A DNA stretch of 64,000 nucleotides from Bdellovibrionales bacterium. GTDB taxonomy: Bacteria > Bdellovibrionota > Bdellovibrionia > Bdellovibrionales > UBA1609. Shown here piece by piece: positions 52,584 through 63,603 of the stretch. The DNA is taken from contig CBDCMT010000001.1 in assembly GCA_965219095.1 (NCBI GenBank), forward strand, positions 2,324,892 through 2,388,891, in the 5' to 3' direction. The translations under genes were made by a program, and so were the position numbers. The notes below the pieces were generated by a model, which worked only from the letters and a program-made list of their open reading frames with translations, was not told the DNA's origin and did no database searches. Numbering within the stretch: position 1 is the stretch's first letter; each line of letters starts with the position of its first letter.

Positions 52584-52965
52584 ATCCCCCCCTGTTTGTT
52601 CATACATAACTACTCTATATTATAAATATAGAAAAAGCATTTAATGAGTATTTACACACCTAAAAGAAAAAAATCAACTAAAAAAATAAAAATCTCTCTC
52701 TTTGTTTCCTTTAGTCCTATTTTTTATTGTGAAATAAGATCAAAAAAACCACAAATTAAATTTTCTCTTTGTATCAACATAAGACACTTTTATATTAAAT
52801 TAATACAGATCAACCTTGTGACTATTTATAATTCTCTGCAGAAAACCCTCTACACACTGTAAGCCATAAATAGTACAGCAAAATAAGTTACAAAAATTAA
52901 ACCGACCACGTCCCCTATATAGGGGGGAGTTTTTTTCTAATACCAATTACAGAAATTAATTCGAC

Positions 52966-53200
52966 GGTAAATCAAAAAGACAGGTCACTGGTTTAAGCCA
53001 TGATAGTGACCCTAAAGTACTTGCAGAAGGAGGTGATTTTCGAGACAAATTCTAAACCCTTTAGCTGTCCTGTTTTTTAAGTCCTCAAAGGGTGTTTCCC
53101 CTTTTTTTCGATTAAGCCTGTATTTTTGTGAAGGCTTACTCGAAAAAAAGGAAAAAGCAAAAACAAAGATGTAAAATAGGATTTCAAGACTTTATTTATA
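52966..53200 (+). ncRNA. Candidate IS110 bridge/seek-type structured RNA, copy 1
   Basis: 5' non-coding region of an IS110 transposase. Multi-stem fold supported by compensatory changes versus copy 2. Confidence 0.65.
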
Positions 53201-53205
53201 AATAA

Positions 53206-54893
53206 CCCAAATTCCACGCTAAAAATGATCACTACTGGTTTTCATTTCTCTGAGAAGTTTTTTGTCAATAGCCTTTATGATATTTTCTTGAATTTTGCTT
53301 AGAGCAACTGTTCGAGACATTTGAATTTTTTTCTTTTTATCAGAAAAATAAACTTTGTACAGGTTCTCTAGCTCTTTTAATGCTTGAATTAGCGAAATAT
53401 CCAAATTGTAGAGATGTAACTTTAATACGGAAAGCAGAAGATAAGATAAATAACAAATAAAAACATGAGCCACTACTCTGTTGCAAAGCCAGTGTCGCAC
53501 AGGATTTAAATTTGTAACTCCTTTTAAAATTCTGAAAGCTCTTTCTACGACATCTTTATCAAAATAAAGTTTGACCATATCTTTACCAGAAATATTCTTT
53601 GTAGAAAATATACAGGAGTACCCATCAAATTCTTCTGCTTTTTTCAGCTCCTGATCCCTGATCTTTCCTGTGGGAGTTAGATATTTTTTCAGCCCCTCCT
53701 TAATGGACTTGTTTTGAGATAGACAGTTTTGAGCAGCAACTATCTCATCATATCTCGCCTCTCGAATTGCATCCTTTCTTTTATGGTTGTAGCAGATTGC
53801 CAGTTTTCCTTTAACTTGGCCAAATGTATAATTCATGCTTTTAACGTAAAAAGTATTCTTGTTCAAAATTACCCTATTTGAAACGTTTACTATAGAACCG
53901 GACTTTAAAAAATTTCGTACTGTCTTCTTCTCAACCTCTCTCATAGGAATTCCGCACAATGTATTCCAACCCAATTCCCCTGTAAGAAAGGTTTTTAGAC
54001 GATGCTATACCTCGATCATACACCAATAGGCCAGAACGAAGATTGTATTCTGAAAAACTATTAACAAGTGCCGTCAATGTCCTGCTATCGTGAATGTTAC
54101 CCTTAAAGGTCTTGTGAAAAACAGGAATCCCTTCTTCTTGAGTTACAGCAAGACCTATCTGAATCAGAGGACTCTTCCTTTTCCCATCTTTGCTGTACCC
54201 TGGGTTACCTAGTTGACATTTACTTCCATAAAAATAAGTGTTAGTAACATCAGACAATTTTATTAGATGATAACTTGTATTCTTTTTTAACATTTTCAAA
54301 AATACGTTTCTGCAAAGATGGAGCCTTGGATTCGTTAAGCTGATCGAGAGCTGAAAAAAGCCTTCTTTCAGTCAGCCCATCTAAGTTTAAAATGCTGTTT
54401 AAATCTGTTCGTTCATACCATGATGGCATATTATTGACGCTTCTGTAATCCAAGCAATGAGCATAGACCATACTTAGTATTTCATCTGAATAATTGCCAA
54501 GAACTTCGGGAAGACCAACTTTTTTTGCAAGGGCATGAAGAACAATCAAGGGACCACTGATCTTAACTTTATCGAATTGAATGTTCTCGGAAGATATAGA
54601 GATAACACGCTTATGATTCACCTCCTTTCCAAGATATCTCAAGTACTTCTGTACGACCTTGCCCTTGACCCGGACATTTTTCACCTCTGCTAAATAAGTG
54701 CTGCCTCCTCTTTTAATCTTCTTTATAAAACTCATAGTAGTTACCATTATGGTAACTACTTAAAAATAGAAGGGCAAGAGCTTTTCACAGAAAAAAAAGG
54801 CAATAACCCCATTTTTACTGGAAAACTTCCATCTTATGGAACTTATCTTACTGTTAGAGCAATGTAGTGATCATTTTTAGCGTGGAATTTGGG
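53206..54893 (-). mobile_element. IS1634-like element type 1, copy 2
   Basis: Same IRs, length (1688 bp) and three ORFs as copy 1. DR TAAATAA. Confidence 0.93.
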
Positions 54894-55682
54894 TAAATAA
54901 ACCAACAAAGGAGGAAAATAAAATGTATGATCACTATATAGCCGTAGATTGGGCACAAAGTAACATGGCCATTGCAAGGATGACAGGCAAATCAAAAGAT
55001 ATTAAGACTATGGACACGATTTCAGATCTTGGAAATCTTCGTGCCTATTTAAAAACTCTGAAAGGTAAGAAGATATTGACTATCGAAGAGACTACAACTT
55101 CGATAGTGGTTGTATTCAGAATTAAAGGATAGTGTTGATGAACTCATAGTCTGTGATCCTCTTTGGAACAGACTTTTAAGTGAAGGGGCTAAAATAAGTG
55201 AAGGGGCTAAAATTGATAAAATTGATGCTGAAAAACTTATTTTATTGTTACGCTCTGGCCTTTTGAAACCAGTTTTTCACTCAGGTGATGAATTCATTTA
55301 CCTTCGTAAGATTGTCAGTGGGTATGAAGATGTGGTTAAAAGAGGAGTTCGTGTTAAAAACCAAAGATCAGCTCTGTTTCGAGCTTCCCATCTTGATGCT
55401 AAGAAGCAGACTCAATTAAAACGGGCGGAAGATATATTTGTTCTAGAAGGCTTAGATAAAGCGTAAGTCGGTTATCTGACCGCCCTTGACTCCTACGAGA
55501 GGTATATTTCTTAGATTTTCAAGGGGAAGTTTTTATGGATCTTATTGTAAAACGTTTTCCTAATGCCTTTCCCATTACAAAAATATTAGAGAAGTTCTTC
55601 TAGAATAATTCTTAGTTTTTTTTGCCTCCTCAAAAGAATCTGTGATTCCCGGAGGTTCTGGCAGTTTTCCAAGCTTGTGATA

Positions 55683-57264
55683 TACTGATTGCACTTCAAA
55701 ATCCACATACAGAGAGTGAGGTCTAGTTTTTGTTAAAATGTCTTGATAACACAGAGTTTTATGTAAACAATATTTTTTATGGGAGCCTTGTTATCAAAAA
55801 AAAAAGCGTCAAGAGCTTTCATCAGTATTAAAGCGAGAAGATAAGAAAAGATATGCTTATCGGATCCATATCATTCTTCTGTTGGATGATAGTTATAGTC
55901 AGCGTAAGATATCGGAGCTATTTTTTCTTGATCCTGGTTCTATTAACCGATGGCTTCAGAAGTATAAAGAAGGAAGAATAGACCTTTTAATAGCAGATTC
56001 CCGGGAGGAGGCGAATCTTTATCATAAAGCCAAGGACATTGGTGTGTATATAAAGAAAACTTTCGGAGTAGAATATTCAGAAAGTGGCATAACCACCTTA
56101 CTTAACCGTCTGGACTTTGTTTATAAGAAGACCAAAGGAGTTCCAGGAAAAGCTAAAAAAGAAGATCAATTAAAGTTCATTAAGAAGCTTTGTCTAAAGA
56201 AGAAGGAAAAAGAGTGATATTTACTTTTTGGATGTGACTCATCCAACCCATAACACAGTACTCTCTTATGCATGGATCAAGAAGGGTGAGGAGAAGGAAG
56301 TTTTAACTAACTCAGCTGGTCGCAGGATCAATTATTTAGGAGCAATCAATATTAACAATCATAAACAAATCATCAGGGGTTATAAGACGATTAATCAGTT
56401 TACGGTGTCTCGGTTTTTAAAAGATCTGAGACGTCAATCTGGTTCTTCCAAAGAGCTTGTTGTAGTGTTAGATCAAGCACGAACTCATCAGTCAGATTTA
56501 CCTAAATTTGGGGTCAAAAATATACACTACATTTTTCATTTCAAAAGACTTTTATCTTTTGAGTAATTTCCCAATAGATCCGGAAGCTTGATTTTTTTGG
56601 CTATTTTGTCTAAAACAATAAGGGGTCCATGGATTTTAACTTCAGAAATTTGAAATCTTCTGAGTTGAGGGAAATCACTTTTTTATTGTTGACTTCTTTT
56701 CCCATATAACGGATGTGCTTTTGTATAACCTTGCTCTTAATTCTTTTGTTTTCTACTTCAGCCAAACAAATCTTATCACCCTTTTTTATCTTTCTTACTA
56801 AGCTCATAATACCTTCCTAATGTAGTGTATTCTATATACACTACATTAGGAATTAGTCAATAGCAAATCTCTTTTACCTCTTTCTCAAATTTTGTCTTTA
56901 TTAGAGGGAAAATGGCCCTTCTCAAACTTTAAAGCTCTTAGAGGGCTTATAGTGTATATTTTTAACCCCGAATTTAGGAGATTTAGTAAAGAAAACAGCT
57001 AAAAAACTAAATATAACGTTATTTTTTTTGCCAGCTTACAGCTCTAATCTTTAATCTCATAGAGAGATATTGGAAGTTTTTCAAGAAAAAGGTTCTTTAC
57101 AACAAATATTATGAAACATTTAATGAATTTCAAACTGCTTACATCTCTTTTTTTCGATCCTCAAGAAAATATAACAAAGAATTAAGCAACCTCTTGACCT
57201 ACAACTTCCATGTGTATGATTCTTCCTAAAAAATTAATGTGTGGATTTTGAAGTGCAATCAGTA
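55683..57264 (+). mobile_element. IS630-family element type 2, degenerate, interrupted by a MITE
   Basis: IR TACTGATTGCACTTCAAAATCCACA at both ends. Fragments 55882-56217, 56228-56500 and ~56986-57229. Confidence 0.88.
56501..56978 (-). mobile_element. IS1634-like MITE (type Y) carrying transposase N-terminus 56610-56807
   Basis: ~29-bp IR CCTAAATT(T/C)GGGGT(C/T)AAAAATATACACTA and 7-bp DR AGATTTA. Confidence 0.88.
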
Positions 57265-57266
57265 TA

Positions 57267-58397
57267 TAGTGCTTCCGTTTAAGTTTTCCGTTTTTTTTGA
57301 GTTGAGGTCTAGTTTTTATTCTAAGGCCTTGATAAAAAGTCATTTATTTTTAAAAATAGTTTCATATGTCAGGGTTTCTATCAAAAAAAGAGCGAAAAGA
57401 TTTACTCTATGAACTATCTTTAGAAAGAAATCTTAGGTACGGAAAAAGGATTATGACAATTCTCCATTTAGATAAAGGTGAGTTGTGTAAAGATATTTCC
57501 CGTTTTCTTTTCCTTGATGAGGGCACGATAAGAGCCTGTAGAGATCGTTATAACAAAGGCGGGATAGAGTGCTTAATCAACGACAATTACAACCCTAAAA
57601 GGTCCTTTTTAACTAACGAAAGAGGAGAAAATGCTTTTAAAGGAATTAGAGAAAAGAATTTTTCCATCATCACAGACCGTTATTCAGTTCATTGAGGAGA
57701 ATTTTGGTGTTACGTACTCAACAAGTGGTGTAATTGATCTTCTCCATCGCCTTGGTTTTTCTTATAAAAAAGCCACAGCGATACCGGGTAAGGTAAAGAA
57801 AGAAGAGCAGGAAAAGTTTGTGCGTAAATACAAGAGAATTAAGAAGAAAGACGGTCCTGTTTACTTTGCTGATTCCACACATCCTAAGTGGGGCCCTACG
57901 ATTTCATATGGTTGGATAAGAGAGGGTAAGAAGTTTGAAGTGAAGACCAATTCAGGCTGGAGAAAAAGAGTGAATGTTTGTGGAGCTATTGAGATCAATA
58001 GTTTGAAGAAGGTAGTCAGGAGTTATAAGACAGTTAACCATGTTTCCATATCTGATATGCTCTATCATATTCATTAAGAAGTATTCCGATGAAAAAGAGA
58101 TTCATCTTATCTTAGATGGGGCCGGATACAATAGATCGAAGTCTGTCAAGAAGTTAGCGAAAGAGTTGAATATAAAACTTGTTTATCTTCCTCCGTACTC
58201 ACCGAATTTAAATCCTATAGAAAGGCTTTGGAAGTTTATGAAAAAAGAGGTCACGGCGAATCGATATTATGAAAACTATGACGATTTCAAGGGAAGTTTA
58301 AGTCAATTTTTTAGAGGAATACGAAAACACAGATCTAAATTAGAAACTTTGATAACTTCTCCATCTTAGGAACCTGAAAACCTAAACGGAAGCACTA
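57267..58397 (+). mobile_element. IS630-family type 1, copy E (additional frameshift), with an extra duplicated end at 58443-58471
   Basis: Both IRs present. ORFs 57366-57695, 57631-58077, 58040-58369. Confidence 0.93.
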
Positions 58398-58570
58398 TAT
58401 AGTGAATACGCTTAGATTTTCCGGTCGATTCTATAGAAAAAAAACCTGAAAACTTAAACAGAAGCACTATATAGCTTTAAGTGTGATAGTTTTAATGTTG
58501 AAATTATATTTTTGAGGCTGTCCAAAATAACTGAGTACACAATTAAAAGGGTATGAGCAAGGAATTTTCC

Positions 58571-58598
58571 TTGCTTTTTTGATTAGCTTAATTATAAT
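58571..58598 (+). promoter_or_regulatory. Putative sigma70 promoter of the ATPase gene
   Basis: TTGCTT-16 nt-TATAAT. Confidence 0.5.
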
Positions 58599-58650
58599 AA
58601 GTTTATGGAGATTTATCTTTTTTAGATAATATTAATTAAAAAGGCTATAT

Positions 58651-59820
58651 ATGGACCCTAGAATTAACCCTTATTCTCCTGGAGCAGGAACTATTCCTCA
58701 GACACTGGCAGGAAGGGATCAACTTTTTGAAAACGTAGACATAGAGCTTGATCGATGTTGCAGAGGTTATTCTTATAGAGGGCAAATTTTAGTAGGTCTT
58801 CGAGGTGTAGGTAAAACAGTGTTACTCAATAAACTATTCAATGAAGCCGAGTCGAAAGGTTATTGTTCTATACTTATAGAAACCCCTGAAAATCGATCCC
58901 TTCCATCTATGTTGATCCCTCCTTTCAGAAATATCTTGATTTCTTCTAGTTTAACTTCAAAAACAGCAGTTGGTGTAAAAAAAGTTCTTAGACTCTTAGG
59001 AGGTTTTGTTAGTGCTATGAAGATAAAATATAAGGACATTGAATTTAGTTTGGACACTGAAAACGAAAAAGGAGCTGATACTGGTGATTTAGAAAACGAC
59101 TTAACAAGATTGTTAATAGAAATGGGAAGTCTTGCTCAAAAACAACAGACTTCTATAGTTTTATTTATTGATGAAATTCAGTACATTAAAGAAGAACAAT
59201 TAGCCTCTCTGATTGTAGCCTTACATAAATGCACTCAAAAACAACTTCCAGTAATTCTCGTAGGAGCTGGTTTGCCTCAAGTTCGCTTTAAGGCCGGACG
59301 AGCTAAATCATATGCAGAAAGACTCTTTGAATATCCCAAAGTTGGACCTCTTGATAGAGAGGCTGCCATTCAAGCTATTAGTGAACCAGCAGAAAAGCAA
59401 GGAGTGAGGTTTCAGAAAAATGCCTTAAATGAAATTTTTAAAATAACAGAAGGCTACCCATATTTTATTCAGGAGTGGGGTAGGCATTGTTGGAAGGTTG
59501 CTAAATCATCTCCTATCACTTTGAACCATGTAAAAACGGCAACTGATTTAGCTTTAAATGAATTAGATAATGGTTTTTTTCGTGTGCGTCTTGATCGTTG
59601 TACTCCTCTTGAAAAAACTTATTTAAGAGCTATGGCTACATTAGGTCTGGATGATCAAAAGTCAGGGGATATTGCCAAGGAAATGAAAAAAACTTCTCAG
59701 CAAGTAGCTCCCATTAGAGCAAGTTTAATGAGCAAAGGAATCATTTATAGCCCAGCTCACGGTGATAATAAATTTACCGTTCCCTTGTTTGATGAATTTA
59801 TGAAAAGAGCTAAGCTGTGA
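58651..59820 (+). CDS. Stand-alone AAA-family ATPase with C-terminal winged-helix-like region
   Basis: NPYSPGAG, GLRGVGKT Walker A, LFIDEIQ Walker B, TEGYPYFIQEWG, C-terminal GIIY...G...FTVPLF. Confidence 0.85.
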   Translation: MDPRINPYSPGAGTIPQTLAGRDQLFENVDIELDRCCRGYSYRGQILVGLRGVGKTVLLNKLFNEAESKGYCSILIETPENRSLPSMLIPPFRNILISSSLTSKTAVGVKKVLRLLGGFVSAMKIKYKDIEFSLDTENEKGADTGDLENDLTRLLIEMGSLAQKQQTSIVLFIDEIQYIKEEQLASLIVALHKCTQKQLPVILVGAGLPQVRFKAGRAKSYAERLFEYPKVGPLDREAAIQAISEPAEKQGVRFQKNALNEIFKITEGYPYFIQEWGRHCWKVAKSSPITLNHVKTATDLALNELDNGFFRVRLDRCTPLEKTYLRAMATLGLDDQKSGDIAKEMKKTSQQVAPIRASLMSKGIIYSPAHGDNKFTVPLFDEFMKRAKL

Positions 59821-60220
59821 TAGTCGCAACTATCACAGTTTAAGGATCGCTATAGAACTTTCTGCCTATGGACAGTTGAGAGCGTCCAATGAGTTAAGGA
59901 AAAAAGGAATTTTTATTTCTCCTGCAGGAGTTAGAGGGGTCTGGCTAAGAAATAATTTAGAGACTTTCAAAAAGCGTTTGAAAGCTTTAGAAAAGAAGTC
60001 TGCAGAGGAAGGCTTGGTTTTCACAGAGGAGCAGTTACAAGCCCTAGAGAAGAAGAAACAAGAGGATTTAGAGTGCGGAGAGGTAGAGACAGCTCATCCT
60101 GGTTATTTAGGCTCACAGGACACTTTTTATGTGGGAACTATGAAAGGTGTAAGACGTCTTTATCAACAAACCTTTGTGGACACTTACTCAAAAATTGCTT
60201 TCTGTAAGCTCTATAAAACG
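59816..60220 (+). mobile_element. IS481 internal fragment with fold-back left IR, ending in an IS630 end
   Basis: Matches 44670-45050 (reverse complement). Joined to AAACGGAAGCACTATA at 60216-60232. Confidence 0.85.
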
Positions 60221-60227
60221 GAAGCAC

Positions 60228-60372
60228 TATATACACTACTACAGATAGTAGTCAATGGCAAACCCCTTTCTTTTTCAAGAAATCTTGTCTTTTCTCAGAG
60301 GCAGAAAGACCGTTTTAAGATATTTTAAATGTTAGGATGTTTGTAGTGGATATTTTTTGCCCCGAATTTAGG
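60228..60372 (-). mobile_element. Left-end remnant of a type-Y IS1634-like element
   Basis: Colinear with 56832-56978 (TATATACACTAC...AGTCAAT.GCAAA...CCCCGAATTTAGG). Confidence 0.7.
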
Positions 60373-60377
60373 TAATT

Positions 60378-62302
60378 CCTGAAATCTGTTAATTTTGGTA
60401 CTAGGTTTCAGGACTAAGAGCCTGTTTTTTTTCAACAGAATACTCCTGATAAATCATAAGAACGAGTTAATTTAGTCTCATTGAGTTTTTCTGGAGAACT
60501 TATAACACACTATTTTTATAGGTCTTTTTAAAGCTATGTTTTTCATAGGCTCTGTTTTTGGATTGAAATTTGATCCTGTCGTTAAGAGTTTTGAGCCATC
60601 AACAGGGAGTTGACAAAGCCCCTAAAACATAGTTCAATTTGAACTATGTCTTATAGGTATGAAGAGAAAAGAAATGGAAGCATCTATGTGTATGAGATAA
60701 GCAGTTACTGGGACAAAGAAAAAAAACAATCTCGTCAGAGAAGAGTTTATTTGGGCAAGAAGAATCAATCTACGGGGAAGCTTGAAGCCAAGTTGAACAA
60801 ACATCCTATAGGTTCTGTAGGTGTTGGGGGGGTGCATCTTTTGCGAGAGATCAGCAAGCAATTAAATTTAGTGAAGGTGTTAAAGAAAGTTTTTCCGAAA
60901 GAATATGAGAAGGTTCTTTATTTGTCTTTTTTTAAAGTGATTAGGGGGGAAGCTTATTATCTTTATCCGTATTGGTGTCAAGAATCCTTTGTTTCTTCCA
61001 AGAATTGTCTTAATTCACCGGACATAAGTAATTTTCTTTTATCTATAGGTTTAGACGAGCAGAGAGTGGAGAGATTTTTTATGGAGTGGATTGGTGTACA
61101 CAGAGAAAGCTCCAGAGTTTTTATGTTTGATATTACATCTATATCTTCTTATGGTGTTGAGAATGAGTTTTTAGAAAGGGGTTATAATCGAGATGGTGAG
61201 TCTTTGGATCAAGTCAATTTAGGAGTTTTAAGTCAGAGCAAGGAAGGTTTAGGCAAAGGAAGTTCAAGCCTTCCTTTGGGTTATCGATTGTATCCGGGCA
61301 GTATTACTGATGTTGTGTCATTAAGGAGCGTGTTACAGTTAGCCAAGGAATACGATTTAGATTTGAAGTGTTTTGTTTTAGATAAAGGGTTTTACAGCCA
61401 AGAAAACATAAAAGATTTAAACAGGGAGGCTTCATCGTATATCGTCCCTATGAGCTTTAGTACGAGTCTATCCCATGCTTTATTGGGATCTGTGAGTAAG
61501 GAGCTTGATTCAATTCCCTCTTCGTTTGTATTCCGTGGTCAAGTTTATTCTTACTGCAAACGAGAAATTAAAATTGGAAAGACTCGTTGTATGGCTCATA
61601 TATATTTGGATGAAAAGAGAAGGGTGTCTAAAAAAAATGAAATGCTATTGAAGTTGGATTGTTTTGAGCGAAGATTTTCTAAGAAGAAATTTAGGACAAA
61701 GAAAGAGTGCGATGAGTGCATAGCAGAAACCTTAAAGAGTGCCAAGAAGCGCTTTACAGTTGTCAAGAAAAAGGGAGGTTTTTTTATTTCGAAAGATTTG
61801 GATTATATTAAAAAGCAGATGCGAAAAATGGGTGTGTTGATTTTACTTACCGATTGCGATCAAAAGCTTTCAAAAGATGAGATCTTAGATTTGTATAGAA
61901 ACAAAGATAGCATTGAAAAGATTTTTTTGTCTTTCAAGCATGATATAAATGAAAAGCGAGCGAGGACTCATTCGCTACAAACCATGAGAGGAAGTTTATT
62001 TATTAACTTTATAGCTTTAATTTTAATCTCTCACATAAACAATGTGATGAAAGAAAAGAATCTGTACAAGAAATTTTCAAAAACAGAGGTCTATAAAATT
62101 TTAGATAAATTAAAGTTCTATAAATTGGCCACAGGACAAACAAGATTAGGAGAGTTGTCCGGTAAGCAAAAGAGCCTTTATAAAGCTTTTAATGTGACTC
62201 GGGAAATCCCACACAGCTTTAAGTTGTAAAATCCCCTCTGACTAATGCGACGCATTACGAGGGCCGAATAAAAACCTAGTACCAAAATTAACAGATTTCA
62301 GG
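60378..62302 (+). mobile_element. IS1634-family element type 3, complete, with intact 527-aa transposase (60646-62229)
   Basis: 31-bp IR CCTGAAATCTGTTAATTTTGGTACTAGGTTT and 6-bp TSD GTAATT. FDITSISSY, LDKGFYS, IEKIF..FK. Confidence 0.95.
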
Positions 62303-62395
62303 GTAATTGACTTTCTATCTTTTGAAAAATAAATGTCTCCGTACACAAAAGACTTCCATTTTAAACAATCATTTAGTATAGTCTTCAAAAGCATC
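62303..62395 (-). pseudogene. ISL3-like transposase N-terminal fragment
   Basis: GGAGG SD followed by MLLKTILNDCLKWKSFVYG, resembling ISL3 N-termini. Confidence 0.5.
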
Positions 62396-62680
62396 TTTTC
62401 CCTCCTTTGTTTTTTTGAATAACATTTTAAGGCATCTGGGAAGTAGGTGCTTCTTTTTTAAAATTTTAATGTAACACAGCAAATAAAATGAATGTTTTTG
62501 AGTTCAATCACCGGAGGTGATAGAGGCCAGTAAGGGCCTCAAAGAACTCAAAAATACAAGATAGGATGTCTTACTCTTACTTTGATTAATATGAGCCTTT
62601 TTGGGGGATTTCTACTACTTTTCACCCACAGATTCTTTTGAGGAGGCAAAAGCTTTAATTGATCTTCTTTAGCCTTTTTC

Positions 62681-62915
62681 GGTAAATAGAAAAAGCAAGG
62701 TCACTGGTTTAAGCCATGATAGTGATCCTGAAGTACTTGCAGAAGGAGGTGAGCTTCTCGAGACAAATTCTAAACCCTTTAGCTGCTATTGCTTTTTAAG
62801 GCCTCAAAGGGTGTTTTCCCTTTTTTTCGATTAAGCCTGTATTTTAGGCTTACTCAAAAAAAAGGAAAAAGCAAAAAAAAGATGTAAAATAGGATTTCAA
62901 GACTTTATTTATGAA
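62681..62915 (+). ncRNA. Candidate IS110 bridge/seek-type structured RNA, copy 2 (uninterrupted)
   Basis: Homologous to 52966-53200 and directly upstream of the IS110 ATG at 62940. Confidence 0.65.
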
Positions 62916-63143
62916 CAACCAACAAAGGAGGAAAATAAAATGTATGATCACTATATAGCCGTAGATTGGGCACAAAGTAACATGGCCATTGCAAGGATGA
63001 CAGGCAAATCAAAAGATATTAAGACTATGGACACGATTTCAGATCTTGGAAATCTTCGTGCCTATTTAAAAACTCTGAAAGGTAAGAAGATATTGACTAT
63101 CGAAGAGACTACGACTTCACAGTGGTTGTATTCAGAATTAAAG
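62681..63143 (+). mobile_element. IS110-family element, copy 2 (3'-truncated)
   Basis: Transposase N-terminus 62940-63143 is nearly identical to copy 1. Confidence 0.85.
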
Positions 63144-63231
63144 AGGATGTCCCATTTCTCGGTGGAATTAGTTAGAGGGCGATTTCATGTTTAAGCGACC
63201 TTTCTTTGTTTTGCAACCATTTTTTCTAAGT

Positions 63232-63603
63232 TGTAATAGACGTTATATGATCTGACAGTTACCCTTTCTGGGTTGATAAAAAACTGTCTGTCAGTTTTCG
63301 TTCTGTTCAATCATCTTTTGCCTTACTTTTTGTTTTCCGTCAAGGAAAGTTTCCATAGGTGTTCGACCACAACACATTTTTCCCTGATGAGTTCTCCTTT
63401 CATTATATTTCACAAGCCACAAGTCAAGGTCAGACTGCAACTCTTCTATGCTTTTGTACACTTTTTTTCTAAACTCCACTTGATAAAACTCCTCTAAAAT
63501 TGTTCTATGAAATCTTTCACAGATGCCATTGGTTTGAGGATGTCTTGCCTTTGTTTTTGTGTGTTCTATATTGTTGATAGCCAAATAAAGCTCATAATCG
63601 TGA
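63232..63603 (-). mobile_element. IS481 3' fragment truncated by IS3
   Basis: Matches 44172-44545. Confidence 0.92.

Larger units (their letters stand above)
52966..55466 (+). mobile_element. IS110-family element, copy 1 (interrupted by IS1634, frameshifted, 3'-truncated)
   Basis: ORFs 54923-55132 and 55110-55466: YIAVD, TIEET, DKIDA (DEDD RuvC-like domain). SD GGAGG. Confidence 0.85.

Noticed and set aside
52644-52862. 72-aa ORF upstream of dksA
   Set aside because: Low-complexity AT-rich sequence without an SD or recognisable domain. Probably the promoter region.
52911-52937. CCCCTATATAGGGG palindrome plus T-tract as an IS200/IS605 end
   Set aside because: No tnpA/tnpB nearby and no partner end. 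It is equally consistent with an ordinary terminator.
53026-53080. Leader peptide downstream of the perfect SD AAGGAGGTGA in the IS110 non-coding region
   Set aside because: No start codon at the proper spacing, and the reading frames differ between the two copies.
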